NCBI GenBank assembly: GCA_037140615.1
Contig: JBAXED010000004.1
Coordinates: 8,485 to 72,484 of the forward strand
DNA length: 64,000 nt
Direction: 5' to 3'
DNA from: Prolixibacteraceae bacterium
GTDB taxonomy: Bacteria > Bacteroidota > Bacteroidia > Bacteroidales > Prolixibacteraceae
Shown here: in pieces, positions 34,495 through 44,698 of the stretch
How positions within the stretch are numbered: position 1 is the stretch's first letter
Layout of the letters: each line of letters begins with the position of its first letter
Position numbers and translations under genes: made by a program
Notes under the pieces: model-generated
What the model saw: the letters and a program-made list of their open reading frames with translations, nothing else
Told to the model about the DNA's origin: nothing
Databases searched by the model: none

Positions 34495-34995
34495 CTATTT
34501 GATTGGAATCTGACGCTTGAAGTCTTGCTCAAGTGAAATAAAGGTCTCTGTTCGTGCAATCCCGTCAATTGCCTGAAGATCAGTGTCAATTATTTTCATC
34601 AAATGCTTATTTGTCTTCGTTTGAATTTTAATGAAAATGGCATATTGTCCGGTAGTATGGTGACATTCTACTACTTCAGGGATGTCCTTTAGTTGTTTCA
34701 ATACTTTTTTGTCAAAACTGGTCTTCTCCAAATAAATACCCATAAAAGCGGTGGTATTGTATCCCATCCTTGACGGACTAACGATAAACTCAGAACCTGT
34801 AACTACTCCCATTGAGATCAGGCGTTGAACCCTTTGATGAATGGCTGCACCGGAAACTCCACATTCTCTTGCAACTTCAAGAAATGGAACTCTGGCATTG
34901 TTTGTGATAAGTTTTAGTATTTTTCGATCAAGATCATCAATCTGGACTGCTTGTTCTTTAAAATCTTCTTCTAATTCTAGGTTGTTTTTCTTCAC
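34495..34995 (-). CDS. Lrp/AsnC-family transcriptional regulator
   Basis: HTH LDRKILKLITNNARVPFLEVARECGVSGAAIHQRVQRL plus a C-terminal RAM-like domain. Confidence 0.85.
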   Translation of the reverse strand: MKKNNLELEEDFKEQAVQIDDLDRKILKLITNNARVPFLEVARECGVSGAAIHQRVQRLISMGVVTGSEFIVSPSRMGYNTTAFMGIYLEKTSFDKKVLKQLKDIPEVVECHHTTGQYAIFIKIQTKTNKHLMKIIDTDLQAIDGIARTETFISLEQDFKRQIPIK

Positions 34996-35079
34996 GATAC
35001 TTTCAATTTGTTATTAGATTGACTACTTTTTAACAAAACTATAAATTTTCATTCTTCCGGCAAATCTTTTCTGAAAAGA

Positions 35080-36321
35080 TTATTGATTTCTTGCAATGTA
35101 TCTAAAATCGCTACCGGATGGATTTTGGAATACTTTCAGATCAAATTCGGCAATAACTGCTAAAATATGATCTACGATTTCTGCAGAAATAGATTCAAAG
35201 AGATCAGATTGTTGTTCTTTACTGAAGACGATGTATTCAAGTGGAAGTCCACGTTCTGTTGATTGTAAAAATCTGACTATCAATGTCATATTGTTGTGTG
35301 TATTCGGGTTGGTCCAGAGAAATGCTTCAACATATGCCCGAAAAACTGCCAGATTAGTGGGCTGAGTTCCCATTTGTTCCTTCCAGTCGGGGAAATTTGG
35401 ATCCAAGTCTCTTTTCTGTTCCATAAAAATTTTGATAACCGGCAAATTCGCGATTCGCTCAACAAATTTCTGATCACAAAACTTAATTCGCGCCATATCG
35501 ATAAATACTGAACGCTGAATCCGTCTGCCTCCGGATTCCTGCATGCCGATCCAATTGGTTACGGATTCTGACACCAATGAATAAGTAGGAAGAGAAGTAA
35601 TTGTCTTATCCCAATTCTGTACCTTCACGGTAGTTAGAGAGATGTCTACAACAGTTCCATCTACGCTAAATTTAGGTACCGTAATCCAATCACCCGGTTT
35701 TACCATTTTATTGGCGGCAAGTTGAATACTTGCAACAAATCCCAGGATTGGGTCTTTAAATACAAACATCAGAACGGCTGCCATGGCACCCAGTCCGGCA
35801 AAAAGTCTGCCAGGATCCTGGTTAACGAGAATAGAAACCAGAATGATAGCTGCCACCGAATAAATGAGAATCTTGACTAACTGAAGATAACCCTTGATAG
35901 GACGTTCAATGGCAAAGGGATAAGTATTATAAATATCCTGAGAAGCATCCAGAAAGCGCACGAGACTAAGTACTACAGCGAATGTGATGTAAATTTTGGC
36001 AATGCCTTTGATGATTTCGGGAAGGGAAACCAAGTCTTCAGATCCAAATCCAGCGGATGCATATATGAAGACAGCAGGAATCAGGTGAGCAACTGCATGA
36101 AAGACTTTGTGATCAAACAGCACATCATCCCATAAGGTTTCTGTGTGTTTGGTGAACCTTTCGATTATTTTAATGAGTAATTCACGTAGGGGGAAGAAAA
36201 GGATAAGTGAGATAAGTGATAGTATCAGGAATGTACCTAATGCTGCTAAATAAATGGCAATTTTGGGATGCAGCTGAGCATTTAAAAGTAGTTCCCTCAA
36301 ATAATCGTAAAAAACTTGCAT
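35080..36321 (-). CDS. mechanosensitive ion channel (MscS family)
   Basis: Multi-TM N-terminus. PGDWITV...GTVVDISLTTVKVQNWDKT beta-domain motif. Confidence 0.8.
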   Translation of the reverse strand: MQVFYDYLRELLLNAQLHPKIAIYLAALGTFLILSLISLILFFPLRELLIKIIERFTKHTETLWDDVLFDHKVFHAVAHLIPAVFIYASAGFGSEDLVSLPEIIKGIAKIYITFAVVLSLVRFLDASQDIYNTYPFAIERPIKGYLQLVKILIYSVAAIILVSILVNQDPGRLFAGLGAMAAVLMFVFKDPILGFVASIQLAANKMVKPGDWITVPKFSVDGTVVDISLTTVKVQNWDKTITSLPTYSLVSESVTNWIGMQESGGRRIQRSVFIDMARIKFCDQKFVERIANLPVIKIFMEQKRDLDPNFPDWKEQMGTQPTNLAVFRAYVEAFLWTNPNTHNNMTLIVRFLQSTERGLPLEYIVFSKEQQSDLFESISAEIVDHILAVIAEFDLKVFQNPSGSDFRYIARNQ

Positions 36322-36495
36322 GGTCTGTTTCTTTAAAAGATGTTCAGAAATAATTATATTTGAATTGTTCGCAAAATTAGTGAAAGAACGCGGATTAACC
36401 CCGTAATTATAGATAAAAACATATTGGTTTTATTGGTGATTTTGGTGGACTTTCTACATAAACGTCTGATTATTTAACTAAAAAAGAATTTTCCG

Positions 36496-37773
36496 GTGAA
36501 AAATGGATTGATAATATTATTCCTGATTTTTGCTGCTGAAGCGCTTCAGGCACAAAGTAAATTCAACGATTATTTTACGGATGGAGTTTTGCGTTTTGAT
36601 TTCATGCTCTCCGGAACGAATAATTCCACCAAGGTGACTGAAGTTCAGCAAAAAAAGGAACCTGTTTGGGGTGGTTCAACAATGTTACATGTGTCGGAAA
36701 AAATTTTGGGGAATTATAGATACAGTGTTAAAGATCAAGATACTCAGACATTGATTTTCCGACAGGGGTTTTCACCGCTTTTTCAGGAATGGCAAACTAC
36801 AGCTGAAGCCAGGAACATTGAAAGATCATTTTATCAGGTTCTTCGGTTTCCATTTCCAAAAAAAAATGTTCTTGTTGAAATAGAATGTCGCGGTGTAGAT
36901 GGCTTGTTTCGAACCATATACACGAAATCCATTTTGCCATCTAATTATTTTATCAATACGGAGAAACCGCTGAAGTGTGATTTTACCAAATTGAAAATTA
37001 CTGGTGATCCTTCGCAAAAAGTGGATGTGGCTATTTTGGCTGAAGGATATAGAAAGGATGAGATGGGAAAATTTGTAAAGGATGCGCGCAGGTTGCTTGA
37101 TTCACTTTTTTCAGTTGAGCCATTTGCTTCGCAAAAAAATCAGTTCAATCTGTATGCACTCGAGACTCCATCAGAAGAGTCTGGAACAGACATCCCTGGC
37201 AGAAATATTTATGTAAATACCCTTTACAACAGTACGTTTTATACTTTTGATGTGGCACGGTATCTGACTACCACAGACATGAAATCTATCTATGATCATG
37301 CCGCATCAGTTCCATTTGATTACCTGATTGTCCTTGTAAATTCCAGTGAATATGGAGGAGGTGGATTTTATAATTATGTTTCGGTGTGCACTGCCGACAA
37401 TTATTTGTCAGCCAGCGTATTCATTCATGAGTTTGGTCATGAATTTGCCGGATTGGGGGATGAATATTATGAATCTGAAGTTGCTTACCAGGATTATTAC
37501 AACTTGAAAGTGGAGCCTTGGGAGCCAAATATTACCACTTTGGTGGATTTTAAGACTAAATGGGCCGACATGATAAGCCCCGATATCCAGATCCCAACTC
37601 CCAGGACAAAGACTAACACAGATATAGTTGGTGTATTTGAAGGAGGTGGGTATGTTTCAAAAGGTGTCTACAGTCCAATGCAAGATTGCCGCATGAAATC
37701 AAACAAACCGAACAGTTTCTGTCCGGTTTGTCAGCAGGCAATTCTCAAAGCCATCCAAATATGTACCAGATAA
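36496..37773 (+). CDS. M64-family (IgA peptidase-like) zinc metallopeptidase
   Basis: HEFGHEFAGLGDEY zinc motif, signal peptide, ~425 aa. GTG start. Confidence 0.8.
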   Translation: MKNGLIILFLIFAAEALQAQSKFNDYFTDGVLRFDFMLSGTNNSTKVTEVQQKKEPVWGGSTMLHVSEKILGNYRYSVKDQDTQTLIFRQGFSPLFQEWQTTAEARNIERSFYQVLRFPFPKKNVLVEIECRGVDGLFRTIYTKSILPSNYFINTEKPLKCDFTKLKITGDPSQKVDVAILAEGYRKDEMGKFVKDARRLLDSLFSVEPFASQKNQFNLYALETPSEESGTDIPGRNIYVNTLYNSTFYTFDVARYLTTTDMKSIYDHAASVPFDYLIVLVNSSEYGGGGFYNYVSVCTADNYLSASVFIHEFGHEFAGLGDEYYESEVAYQDYYNLKVEPWEPNITTLVDFKTKWADMISPDIQIPTPRTKTNTDIVGVFEGGGYVSKGVYSPMQDCRMKSNKPNSFCPVCQQAILKAIQICTR

Positions 37774-37803
37774 TCTCCAATCAAAGCATAGATTGAAATA
37801 CTG

Positions 37804-38154
37804 CTACTCTTTGTCAATCATTTTATTGGCCTTTTGTTCAATCTTATAGGAGAGCAAAAGTCCTGCACCACCAAAAATGCAAATCATAGCAAAATAAGAG
37901 GCAGGCTCATTCATTCCGGCATCCACAAGCAGTGTTGCCAGAAAGATACCAAGGCCAATACCAACCAATAAAAGTGCCCATTTTAAGACTCCACCGGAAG
38001 AGGTTTTCTTAACAGATTCAAATAGCTTCGGGTCCGCACCTTTTTCTATTAGAAGCATCCTTTCGCGGTTGCGTGAAGTAATGACAAGATAAACGACTCC
38101 GAAGATCATGATAAAAAATGCTATCGGAATAAAAAGTGCAATTGTTCTTTCCAT
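37804..38154 (-). CDS. small membrane protein (3 TM), function unknown
   Basis: Hydrophobic segments only. It is divergent from the ECF sigma gene. Confidence 0.5.
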   Translation of the reverse strand: MERTIALFIPIAFFIMIFGVVYLVITSRNRERMLLIEKGADPKLFESVKKTSSGGVLKWALLLVGIGLGIFLATLLVDAGMNEPASYFAMICIFGGAGLLLSYKIEQKANKMIDKE

Positions 38155-38286
38155 TTTGTTTTAATTTTAAGGATTAATATTTGCCCATTTGACGCAATGG
38201 AATATACTTGGTTACAAGTTCAAAGAAATAATGTTTTTATTTCCTGATAAGAGGTCACAGCTGATTTAAGAGAATATATTTTCATA

Positions 38287-38294
38287 TAATTTTG
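38287..38294 (+). promoter_or_regulatory. candidate -7 box TAATTTTG for the ECF sigma operon
   Basis: Perfect TAnnTTTG 36 nt upstream of ATG 38330. Confidence 0.4.
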
Positions 38295-38329
38295 TAACCG
38301 ATTCATTGTACCTGCAGTCTAATGGAGTA

Positions 38330-38902
38330 ATGGAGGCAAAAAGTGATTCATATTACATAGCAGAAGTACTCAAGGGAAAGTCTGATTCCTTTGCATCACT
38401 TATTGATAAGTACAAGCAATTGGCTTTTTCTCTCTCCATGAAAATCACAAAGAACCGTGAGGATGCAGAGGAAGTTGCTCAAGATGCCTTCTTGAAAGCA
38501 TATCGGTCACTTGAGACTTTTAAAGGTGGAGCCTCTTTTAAAACCTGGTTTTTTCGGATTGTCTATACAACTGCAATTTCAAAAGTAAGAGGAAAAAGGA
38601 AAGACTTCGTTAGTTATGAAGATCATAAACTCTCAGAAAGTGAATTATTGGAAACTGAAAATGCAGTGGGAGAATTAACAAGTGAGGAAAGATCCATTCA
38701 TTTGCACAATGCAATGGAACAGCTTGATCCGGAAGAACGTGCGATATTAAATCTATACTATTTCGATGAAATTCCTGTCGACGAAATAGCAGCAATTACG
38801 GATCTGACCGCATCAAACGTAAAGGTTAAACTTTTCAGGAGCAGGAAGAAATTATATGAGAAACTGCACTTTTTACTTAAAGGAGAAGGTGTCTTTGTTT
38901 AA
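38330..38902 (+). CDS. ECF-type RNA polymerase sigma-70 factor
   Basis: Region 2 (EDAEEVAQDAFLKAYRSLETF) and region 4 (EIPVDEIAAITDLTASNVKVKLFRSRKKL). The ORF track start at 38306 is TTG. Confidence 0.85.
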   Translation: MEAKSDSYYIAEVLKGKSDSFASLIDKYKQLAFSLSMKITKNREDAEEVAQDAFLKAYRSLETFKGGASFKTWFFRIVYTTAISKVRGKRKDFVSYEDHKLSESELLETENAVGELTSEERSIHLHNAMEQLDPEERAILNLYYFDEIPVDEIAAITDLTASNVKVKLFRSRKKLYEKLHFLLKGEGVFV

Positions 38903-38925
38903 AGGTTAGAGAAATAAGAATAAAT

Positions 38926-39360
38926 ATGAAAAATATGAATACTTCCGATAATAGAAACATGAAAAAGCCAGATCTTCTGAAAGAATATATCAGGGAACTT
39001 CCCAGGGAGGAGCCATCTGTTAATTTCACTGAGATGGTGATGAGCAGGGTGAACGTTGAGACACTCAAGTTCCCAGTTGCATATCAACCATTAATAGGTT
39101 CGAAAGGATGGAGAAATATTATTTTTTTATTAACGGGAGTATTACTTGGGTCAATTGTCCTTTATTTCTATTTTCCTACTAATCAATCGGCTTCAGGGTT
39201 GTTCTTGTTGCCGAAAATCGATTACTCTATTTTCATCAAACCTTTCGTTTTATTTTCTCAGTCCCTGAATAAGCTTTCCTTTTCTTTAAGTGCTGTTGTC
39301 ATGGCTGTTTCTACGCTCTTGATTATTGATCAAATTCATTCCAGAAAGACTCAGGTGTAA
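38926..39360 (+). CDS. putative anti-sigma factor / membrane protein
   Basis: It lies immediately downstream of the ECF sigma gene. It has a charged N-terminus followed by TM segments. No recognisable motif. Confidence 0.45.
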   Translation: MKNMNTSDNRNMKKPDLLKEYIRELPREEPSVNFTEMVMSRVNVETLKFPVAYQPLIGSKGWRNIIFLLTGVLLGSIVLYFYFPTNQSASGLFLLPKIDYSIFIKPFVLFSQSLNKLSFSLSAVVMAVSTLLIIDQIHSRKTQV

Positions 39361-39439
39361 TTCAAAATTCTTAAATCTCAAAAGCTATTTGTAACTCATA
39401 ATCAGAATAATAGTACTAATATTTTAAATTATTTACTGC

Positions 39440-39507
39440 ATGGAATTTCCATGAGATTATAGTCATCAAAATTGTTGATAATAATCTCAGGCAATTCCAT
39501 TTTTTAT
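39440..39507 (+). terminator. intrinsic terminator (long hairpin plus T-run)
   Basis: 39440-39460 pairs with 39481-39500 (about 19 bp with one bulge and one mismatch), followed by TTTTTATTT. Confidence 0.6.
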
Positions 39508-39663
39508 TTCTGGTATTTTTAGTCCGAAAAATGTAATAAACATTAACCATACAGAGAACTTATTTGGTGGGTACATATTCCCGCTAATTTCTATTTATTG
39601 ATAATTTTTTTGAAGTTTTTGAAAAAAAATCATTATTTTTTGTTTGGTAATCAATTTGCTTTC

Positions 39664-39671
39664 TATTTTTG
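39664..39671 (+). promoter_or_regulatory. candidate -7 box TATTTTTG (with TTTG at 39643-39646 as a possible -33)
   Basis: Perfect TAnnTTTG 18 nt upstream of ATG 39689. Confidence 0.4.
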
Positions 39672-39688
39672 CAAATTAAAACCAAACC

Positions 39689-40231
39689 ATGCTTGAAATC
39701 CTTTACAACCGAAGAAGTACCCGAAAGTTTAGTGATAAAAAGGTTGATGATGAAATAATACATCAATTGCTAAAGGCAGGATTACGTTCACCCTCCTCTA
39801 AAAATAGCCAGCCTTGGGAGTTTGTCGTGGTTGATGATCCAGATTTATTAAGTCAGTTATCTGTGGCTAAACCACATGGTGCTTGTCTTCTGAAACATGC
39901 TCCTCTTGCCATCGTGGTGGCAGGTGACAAAACAAAAAGTGATGTTTGGATTGAAGATTGTTCAATCGCTTCAATTATTTTGCAGCTTGCAGCCGAAGCC
40001 TTGGGATTGGGCTCATGCTGGGTTCAGATTCACCGCCGCTACCATGATGATGACCAGACCGCCAATGAATTTATCAGTGACTTGCTCCAGATCCCAAATC
40101 ATTTGGAAGTTCTTTCCATAGTTGGCATTGGCTATAAAGCAGCAGATAGACCGGCTTTAAGTGAAAAGGAGACAGATTGGCGCAAGGTTATGAGAAACAG
40201 CTACAAAATTGCGATCTCAAACGAAAAATAG
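39689..40231 (+). CDS. nitroreductase-family protein
   Basis: N-terminal RRSTRKF motif and SPSSKNSQPWEF motif, 180 aa. Confidence 0.8.
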   Translation: MLEILYNRRSTRKFSDKKVDDEIIHQLLKAGLRSPSSKNSQPWEFVVVDDPDLLSQLSVAKPHGACLLKHAPLAIVVAGDKTKSDVWIEDCSIASIILQLAAEALGLGSCWVQIHRRYHDDDQTANEFISDLLQIPNHLEVLSIVGIGYKAADRPALSEKETDWRKVMRNSYKIAISNEK

Positions 40232-40269
40232 CCTCAACTATCTTTTCCAATCATATCTTTCTACACTGA

Positions 40270-41592
40270 TCAGTCTTTGACGTGTTCAATGACATAAGAC
40301 TCATCATGCTGCGTAATATCCAATCCAAGTCGTTCAGCTTTTGGAGACACTCTTAAAGGAATAATTTTGTTGGTCAAAATATAGAGAAGATAGGAGCCTC
40401 CAAAGGTATATATGCCTACAATTATCAAGGCCAGCAGATGGAATAAAAAAGTTTTGTACTCTCCATAAAATAGTCCGACGCCCTGCGCAAATACCGCCGT
40501 AAGCAGCATACCGATTATTCCTCCCATTCCATGAGCAGGAAAGACATCCAGCGTATCATCAAGATTGGTTTTAGAACGATACGAGATAGCTATATTACAA
40601 ATAAATGAAGCAGCCAATCCAATGAATATTGCAGCGCCTAAGTTGACAAATCCAGCTGCTGGGGTGATGGCAACCAAACCAACAACCAAGCCGATTGCAG
40701 CCCCCATGGCGGTGGGTTTTCTTCCCATGGCAACATCAAAAAGGATAAAGCCAATCATTGCCGCGGCAGAAGCTATATTAGTATTCATTAAGGAGACAGT
40801 TGCAATTGCATTGGCGGCTAAAGCGGATCCTGCATTGAACCCAAACCAGCCAAACCAAAGCATGCTTGCGCCCAACAAAACGAAGGGAATGTTGGCAGGA
40901 TGAAATTGTTGCTGATAATCTCTTCTGGGACCTAAAAACATGGCTCCGGCAAGTGCAGCAAAACCTGCTGACATATGAACCACTGTTCCTCCGGCAAAAT
41001 CAAGTACTCCCCAATTACGCAAAAAACCATTGGGATGCCAGGTCCAGTGCGCCAAGGGTGCATAAATAAAAATTGAAAAAAGAGTGATAAACAGAATGTA
41101 TGAGCTAAACTTTACTCTTCCCGCAAAAGAACCGGTAATCAATGCAGGGGTTATAATGGCAAATTTCATTTGAAAAATAGCAAATAGTGCCAAGGGAATA
41201 GTTGGGGCCAATGCAGCATTGATATTCCCCCCAACTCCTTTGAACATAAAAAAGGTAAATGGATTTCCTATAAAACCATATTTTTCTGGGCCGATACTGT
41301 CTCCAAATGCGAGGCTGAATCCGAACAAAACCCACACAATACTCACAATTCCCATGGCAACAAAACTTTGTAGCATAGTGGAAATTATATTTTTGGGCTG
41401 AATCATTCCACCATAAAAAAAGGCCAACCCCGGAGTCATAAACAAAACGAGAGCTGTGGAAGTTAACATCCAAGCAACATCCCCTGGAACAGTTTTCGGG
41501 TCAAGTTCGAATGGATTTTTTCCTGAAACGATTACTCCAAGCAAGGAGACAATCAAGAGAAGAACAAGGGAAACCTGCCATGATTTTTTCAT
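40270..41592 (-). CDS. amt: ammonium transporter (Amt family), paralog 1
   Basis: 440 aa, ~11 TM. Motifs FAGGTVVHMSAG and GMGGIIG are Amt-like. Confidence 0.9.
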   Translation of the reverse strand: MKKSWQVSLVLLLIVSLLGVIVSGKNPFELDPKTVPGDVAWMLTSTALVLFMTPGLAFFYGGMIQPKNIISTMLQSFVAMGIVSIVWVLFGFSLAFGDSIGPEKYGFIGNPFTFFMFKGVGGNINAALAPTIPLALFAIFQMKFAIITPALITGSFAGRVKFSSYILFITLFSIFIYAPLAHWTWHPNGFLRNWGVLDFAGGTVVHMSAGFAALAGAMFLGPRRDYQQQFHPANIPFVLLGASMLWFGWFGFNAGSALAANAIATVSLMNTNIASAAAMIGFILFDVAMGRKPTAMGAAIGLVVGLVAITPAAGFVNLGAAIFIGLAASFICNIAISYRSKTNLDDTLDVFPAHGMGGIIGMLLTAVFAQGVGLFYGEYKTFLFHLLALIIVGIYTFGGSYLLYILTNKIIPLRVSPKAERLGLDITQHDESYVIEHVKD

Positions 41593-41844
41593 GATGGTAA
41601 AATCTAAATTATTTTGGTTGTTTTAGTTTAAAAGTTTTATTCAATTTATCTTTTTTCTAGAAAATAGGGTGATTCGTATGCATTTGTTTTACAATCACCT
41701 AAATTAATATACAAATAAATAAATTTAGTCTATTTTTGTTACAATGTACAATAACTAGACTATTAGCTGCAATAGCTACAAACTAAGATATTCGATCAGA
41801 ATATTATCACATCAAATTATTTTTAAATAAATATCTGCCCTACC

Positions 41845-42309
41845 ATGACACTAAGAAACCAACTTGATGATACAGACCTTCAAATATTGGACATTGTAAC
41901 CAAAAATGCCCGCATTCCTTTCAAAGATGTTGCCGAATCGTGCGGAATATCCAGGGCTGCGGTTCATCAGAGAGTAGCTCGGATGATTGATCTGGGCGTG
42001 ATTGTTGGTTCTGGCTATACGGTTGATCCAAGAAAGATTGATTATAGAACCTGTTCTTATATTGGTTTGTTTTTGGAAAAGGGTAGTATGTACACTGAAG
42101 TTGCAGAGCAACTACGATTGATAAAAGAGATTGTTGAGTGCCATTACATAACAGGTCAATATGCCATCTTCGCAAAGATATATGCCAGAGACAATGAACA
42201 TTTGAAATCTGTTTTGAGCGAAAAGATACAGAACATACCTGGCATTTCGAGTACAGAAACTTTCATCTCCCTGGAAGAGACCTTTAAGCGTGAGGTTCCA
42301 ATATTTTAA
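41845..42309 (+). CDS. Lrp/AsnC-family transcriptional regulator
   Basis: HTH TDLQILDIVTKNARIPFKDVAESCGISRAAVHQRVARM. Paralog of 34495-34995. Confidence 0.85.
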   Translation: MTLRNQLDDTDLQILDIVTKNARIPFKDVAESCGISRAAVHQRVARMIDLGVIVGSGYTVDPRKIDYRTCSYIGLFLEKGSMYTEVAEQLRLIKEIVECHYITGQYAIFAKIYARDNEHLKSVLSEKIQNIPGISSTETFISLEETFKREVPIF

Positions 42310-42657
42310 TCATTCTTCCTATAAATTGGACTTCCAATTTGTTTTATTTATTCAATGAACGTTTTGATATTAGTGGCGAATAAACATATATTATTTGTTT
42401 TATGCAATTAATATTGGGGGGTATCAATGAAAAATTAATGATAATTTCAGATTTGATGCCAAATAATTGCAGTAAATATATTCTTAACGCTATAAAATAG
42501 ATCCAGGTAACATAAGAGACAACTTTTTTATAGCTATATTCTTAGTCACCCGGATTCTTGTAAACAAATAAATGAATGTTGAAACGGAAAATGCTAATAT
42601 TTTGAAATGCAGTTATTGTTTTTAAATATCTATAGTAACTTTAAGTAATTCTTGGCA

Positions 42658-44193
42658 TTAGTCGTAATATGCTTTTGATCCATGTTCAAATACGTCAATA
42701 CCTCCTTCGCCAAGTTCACCTTTTGCTTCTACCCGCAGGCTCCATGGTTGAGGCAATTTCATTACTACCCACATCAGTAACATGGCTATTCCAAATGTCG
42801 TCAATGTGATGGTAATACTTCCTATTGCTTGAGCTTTTAGAACACTGGCGCCACCGCCATAGAATAATCCTGCTACAGGTGAAGAATCATCTGCACCAGT
42901 TGGGCCGGTTGCACCATACAATCCACAAGCAAAAAGTCCTAGCGATAAAGTTCCCCATATTCCGTTGAGTCCATGAACTGAAAAGGCACCAACTGGGTCA
43001 TCAATGCGAAGGTATTCAAGTAAATAAACACCCAAGACAACAACAACTCCTGCAACAAGGCCAATCACAACCGAACCGAATGGAGAAACCCAGTAGCAGG
43101 GTGCCGTAATGGCAACCAATCCACCAAGCATTCCATTAAGTGTAAAACCAACATCAAATTTTCCTTTTGTCAAACCAAAATAGAAAGCTACAGCCATTGC
43201 TCCCAGGGCACCAGTACAGGCTGCGAGGGTGGTGTTGGCTGCTACACGGCCAATCCCTGCAATATCCATTCCGGAAAGTGTACTTCCTGGATTAAAACCA
43301 TACCAGCCGAACCACAATAGAAAGGCACCAATAGTTGCCAGGGGTAAACTGTGAGGAGCTGGTAATCCACCTTTTTCCTTATCATCGCGAAGGAATATAC
43401 GTCCAAGTCTTGGTCCTAAAACAATCGCTCCTGCCAGAGAAACTACTCCACCAATAGTATGAACGACTGTTGAGCCGGCGAAGTCGCGAAATGGTTGGCC
43501 GAGGGAAGGCAAGAAATTACCAGCACTCCCCATGGTTGCCAGAAAACCATCAGGTCCCCATGCCCAATGGCCAATAATAGGGTAGATGAATCCGGTTACT
43601 CCAATGCTGTAAAGAATGTCACCACGGAATCCTGTGCGTCCAATCATAGCACCTGATGTGATGGTTGAAGCTGTATCAGCGAATGCGAATTGAAAAATCC
43701 AATGTGCAAGGATTGAAACGCCTGTTGCCTCGTAAGTTAAAGGTACTCCCTGAAGGAAAAACCAGTTGTATCCAATGAAGCCATTTCCATGACTAAACAT
43801 GAAGGCATAACCGATTGCCCAGAAAAAGACTCCGCAAATAGCAGTGTCCAGAGCGCATTCAACCAATATATTAACAGTTTCTCTTTTACGTGCAAAACCA
43901 GCCTCTAACATCACAAATCCTGCTTGCATCCCAAATACCAAGGCGGCTGCTATCAAGGTCCAAACTGTGTTTATGGCATTTATTGTTGCAGTTTCGTGAG
44001 GTGTATAGGTGTCAGCTGCATGTACCGACAACCCCAACAATCCTGGAATCATCATCATAGCAGCGATTACCATGGCCAACCCAATCATTTTTCCAGCAAA
44101 AATTGCGATGAATAGGTTCCATTTTTCGGATCGACTCAACTTAACCTTAGGTGCGGCTGAGGATTTTTTGTTAAAAAGCCTTCGTAATATCAT
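42658..44193 (-). CDS. amt: ammonium transporter (Amt family), paralog 2
   Basis: 511 aa polytopic. FAGSTVVHTIGG and HGLNGIWG motifs. It lies downstream of the PII gene. Confidence 0.9.
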   Translation of the reverse strand: MILRRLFNKKSSAAPKVKLSRSEKWNLFIAIFAGKMIGLAMVIAAMMMIPGLLGLSVHAADTYTPHETATINAINTVWTLIAAALVFGMQAGFVMLEAGFARKRETVNILVECALDTAICGVFFWAIGYAFMFSHGNGFIGYNWFFLQGVPLTYEATGVSILAHWIFQFAFADTASTITSGAMIGRTGFRGDILYSIGVTGFIYPIIGHWAWGPDGFLATMGSAGNFLPSLGQPFRDFAGSTVVHTIGGVVSLAGAIVLGPRLGRIFLRDDKEKGGLPAPHSLPLATIGAFLLWFGWYGFNPGSTLSGMDIAGIGRVAANTTLAACTGALGAMAVAFYFGLTKGKFDVGFTLNGMLGGLVAITAPCYWVSPFGSVVIGLVAGVVVVLGVYLLEYLRIDDPVGAFSVHGLNGIWGTLSLGLFACGLYGATGPTGADDSSPVAGLFYGGGASVLKAQAIGSITITLTTFGIAMLLMWVVMKLPQPWSLRVEAKGELGEGGIDVFEHGSKAYYD

Positions 44194-44303
44194 AGCTTTA
44201 AGTTTTTTTGTGATAAATTATTGTCTTTGAAATGTCAATCTTCACGATAATTCAGTATAAATTCTGAATGTTTTGATGATTGGCGAGCTGTATTTTGCAT
44301 GGG

Positions 44304-44657
44304 TTAATCTTTAACAAACAGAGATTCGTCTCCTTGTTCTTTTGTCCGGATTCTCCAGGATTCTTCAATCTGAGAAACGAAAATCTTTCCATCCCCAATT
44401 TCTCCGGTGTATGCAACTTTTAGAAGGCAGTCGACTGTCTTTCTGAGATTCTGGTCTCTAACGACAATTGTAAGCATCCTCCTGGGAATGAAGGATGTAC
44501 TCCCGTGTACACCTCTATAAGTTCTTTGGGATGATTTCATTTCATTACCGACGCCTGTTGCTTCCCAGAAAGAAAAGAAATCGATATCAATGGAATGCAA
44601 GGCTTCTTTTACCTCTTCGAACTTTGAAGTTCTGATGATGGCTTCAATTTTTTTCAT
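44304..44657 (-). CDS. glnK: P-II family nitrogen regulatory protein
   Basis: MKKIEAIIRTSKFEEVKEAL N-terminus, T-loop with TYRG, GDGKIFV motif. It is adjacent to amt. Confidence 0.85.
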   Translation of the reverse strand: MKKIEAIIRTSKFEEVKEALHSIDIDFFSFWEATGVGNEMKSSQRTYRGVHGSTSFIPRRMLTIVVRDQNLRKTVDCLLKVAYTGEIGDGKIFVSQIEESWRIRTKEQGDESLFVKD

Positions 44658-44698
44658 GGTGTTTCAATATTAAGAAGTTATACTTTTTGTATTTTAAT

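Noticed and set aside
40565-41473. ORFs of 60-122 aa on both strands within amt paralog 1, with similar ones within amt paralog 2 (43924-44230)
   Set aside because: They lie inside strongly supported Amt ORFs. G/A-rich codon mirror effects explain the open frames.
42310-42657. 348-bp ORF-free spacer checked for a structured RNA (riboswitch, sRNA, tRNA)
   Set aside because: By eye it is AT-rich with only a weak 6-8-bp hairpin near 42323-42340 and one G-run box. No cloverleaf or conserved riboswitch core was recognisable. A covariance-model scan (Infernal/Rfam) would be needed to exclude an ncRNA.
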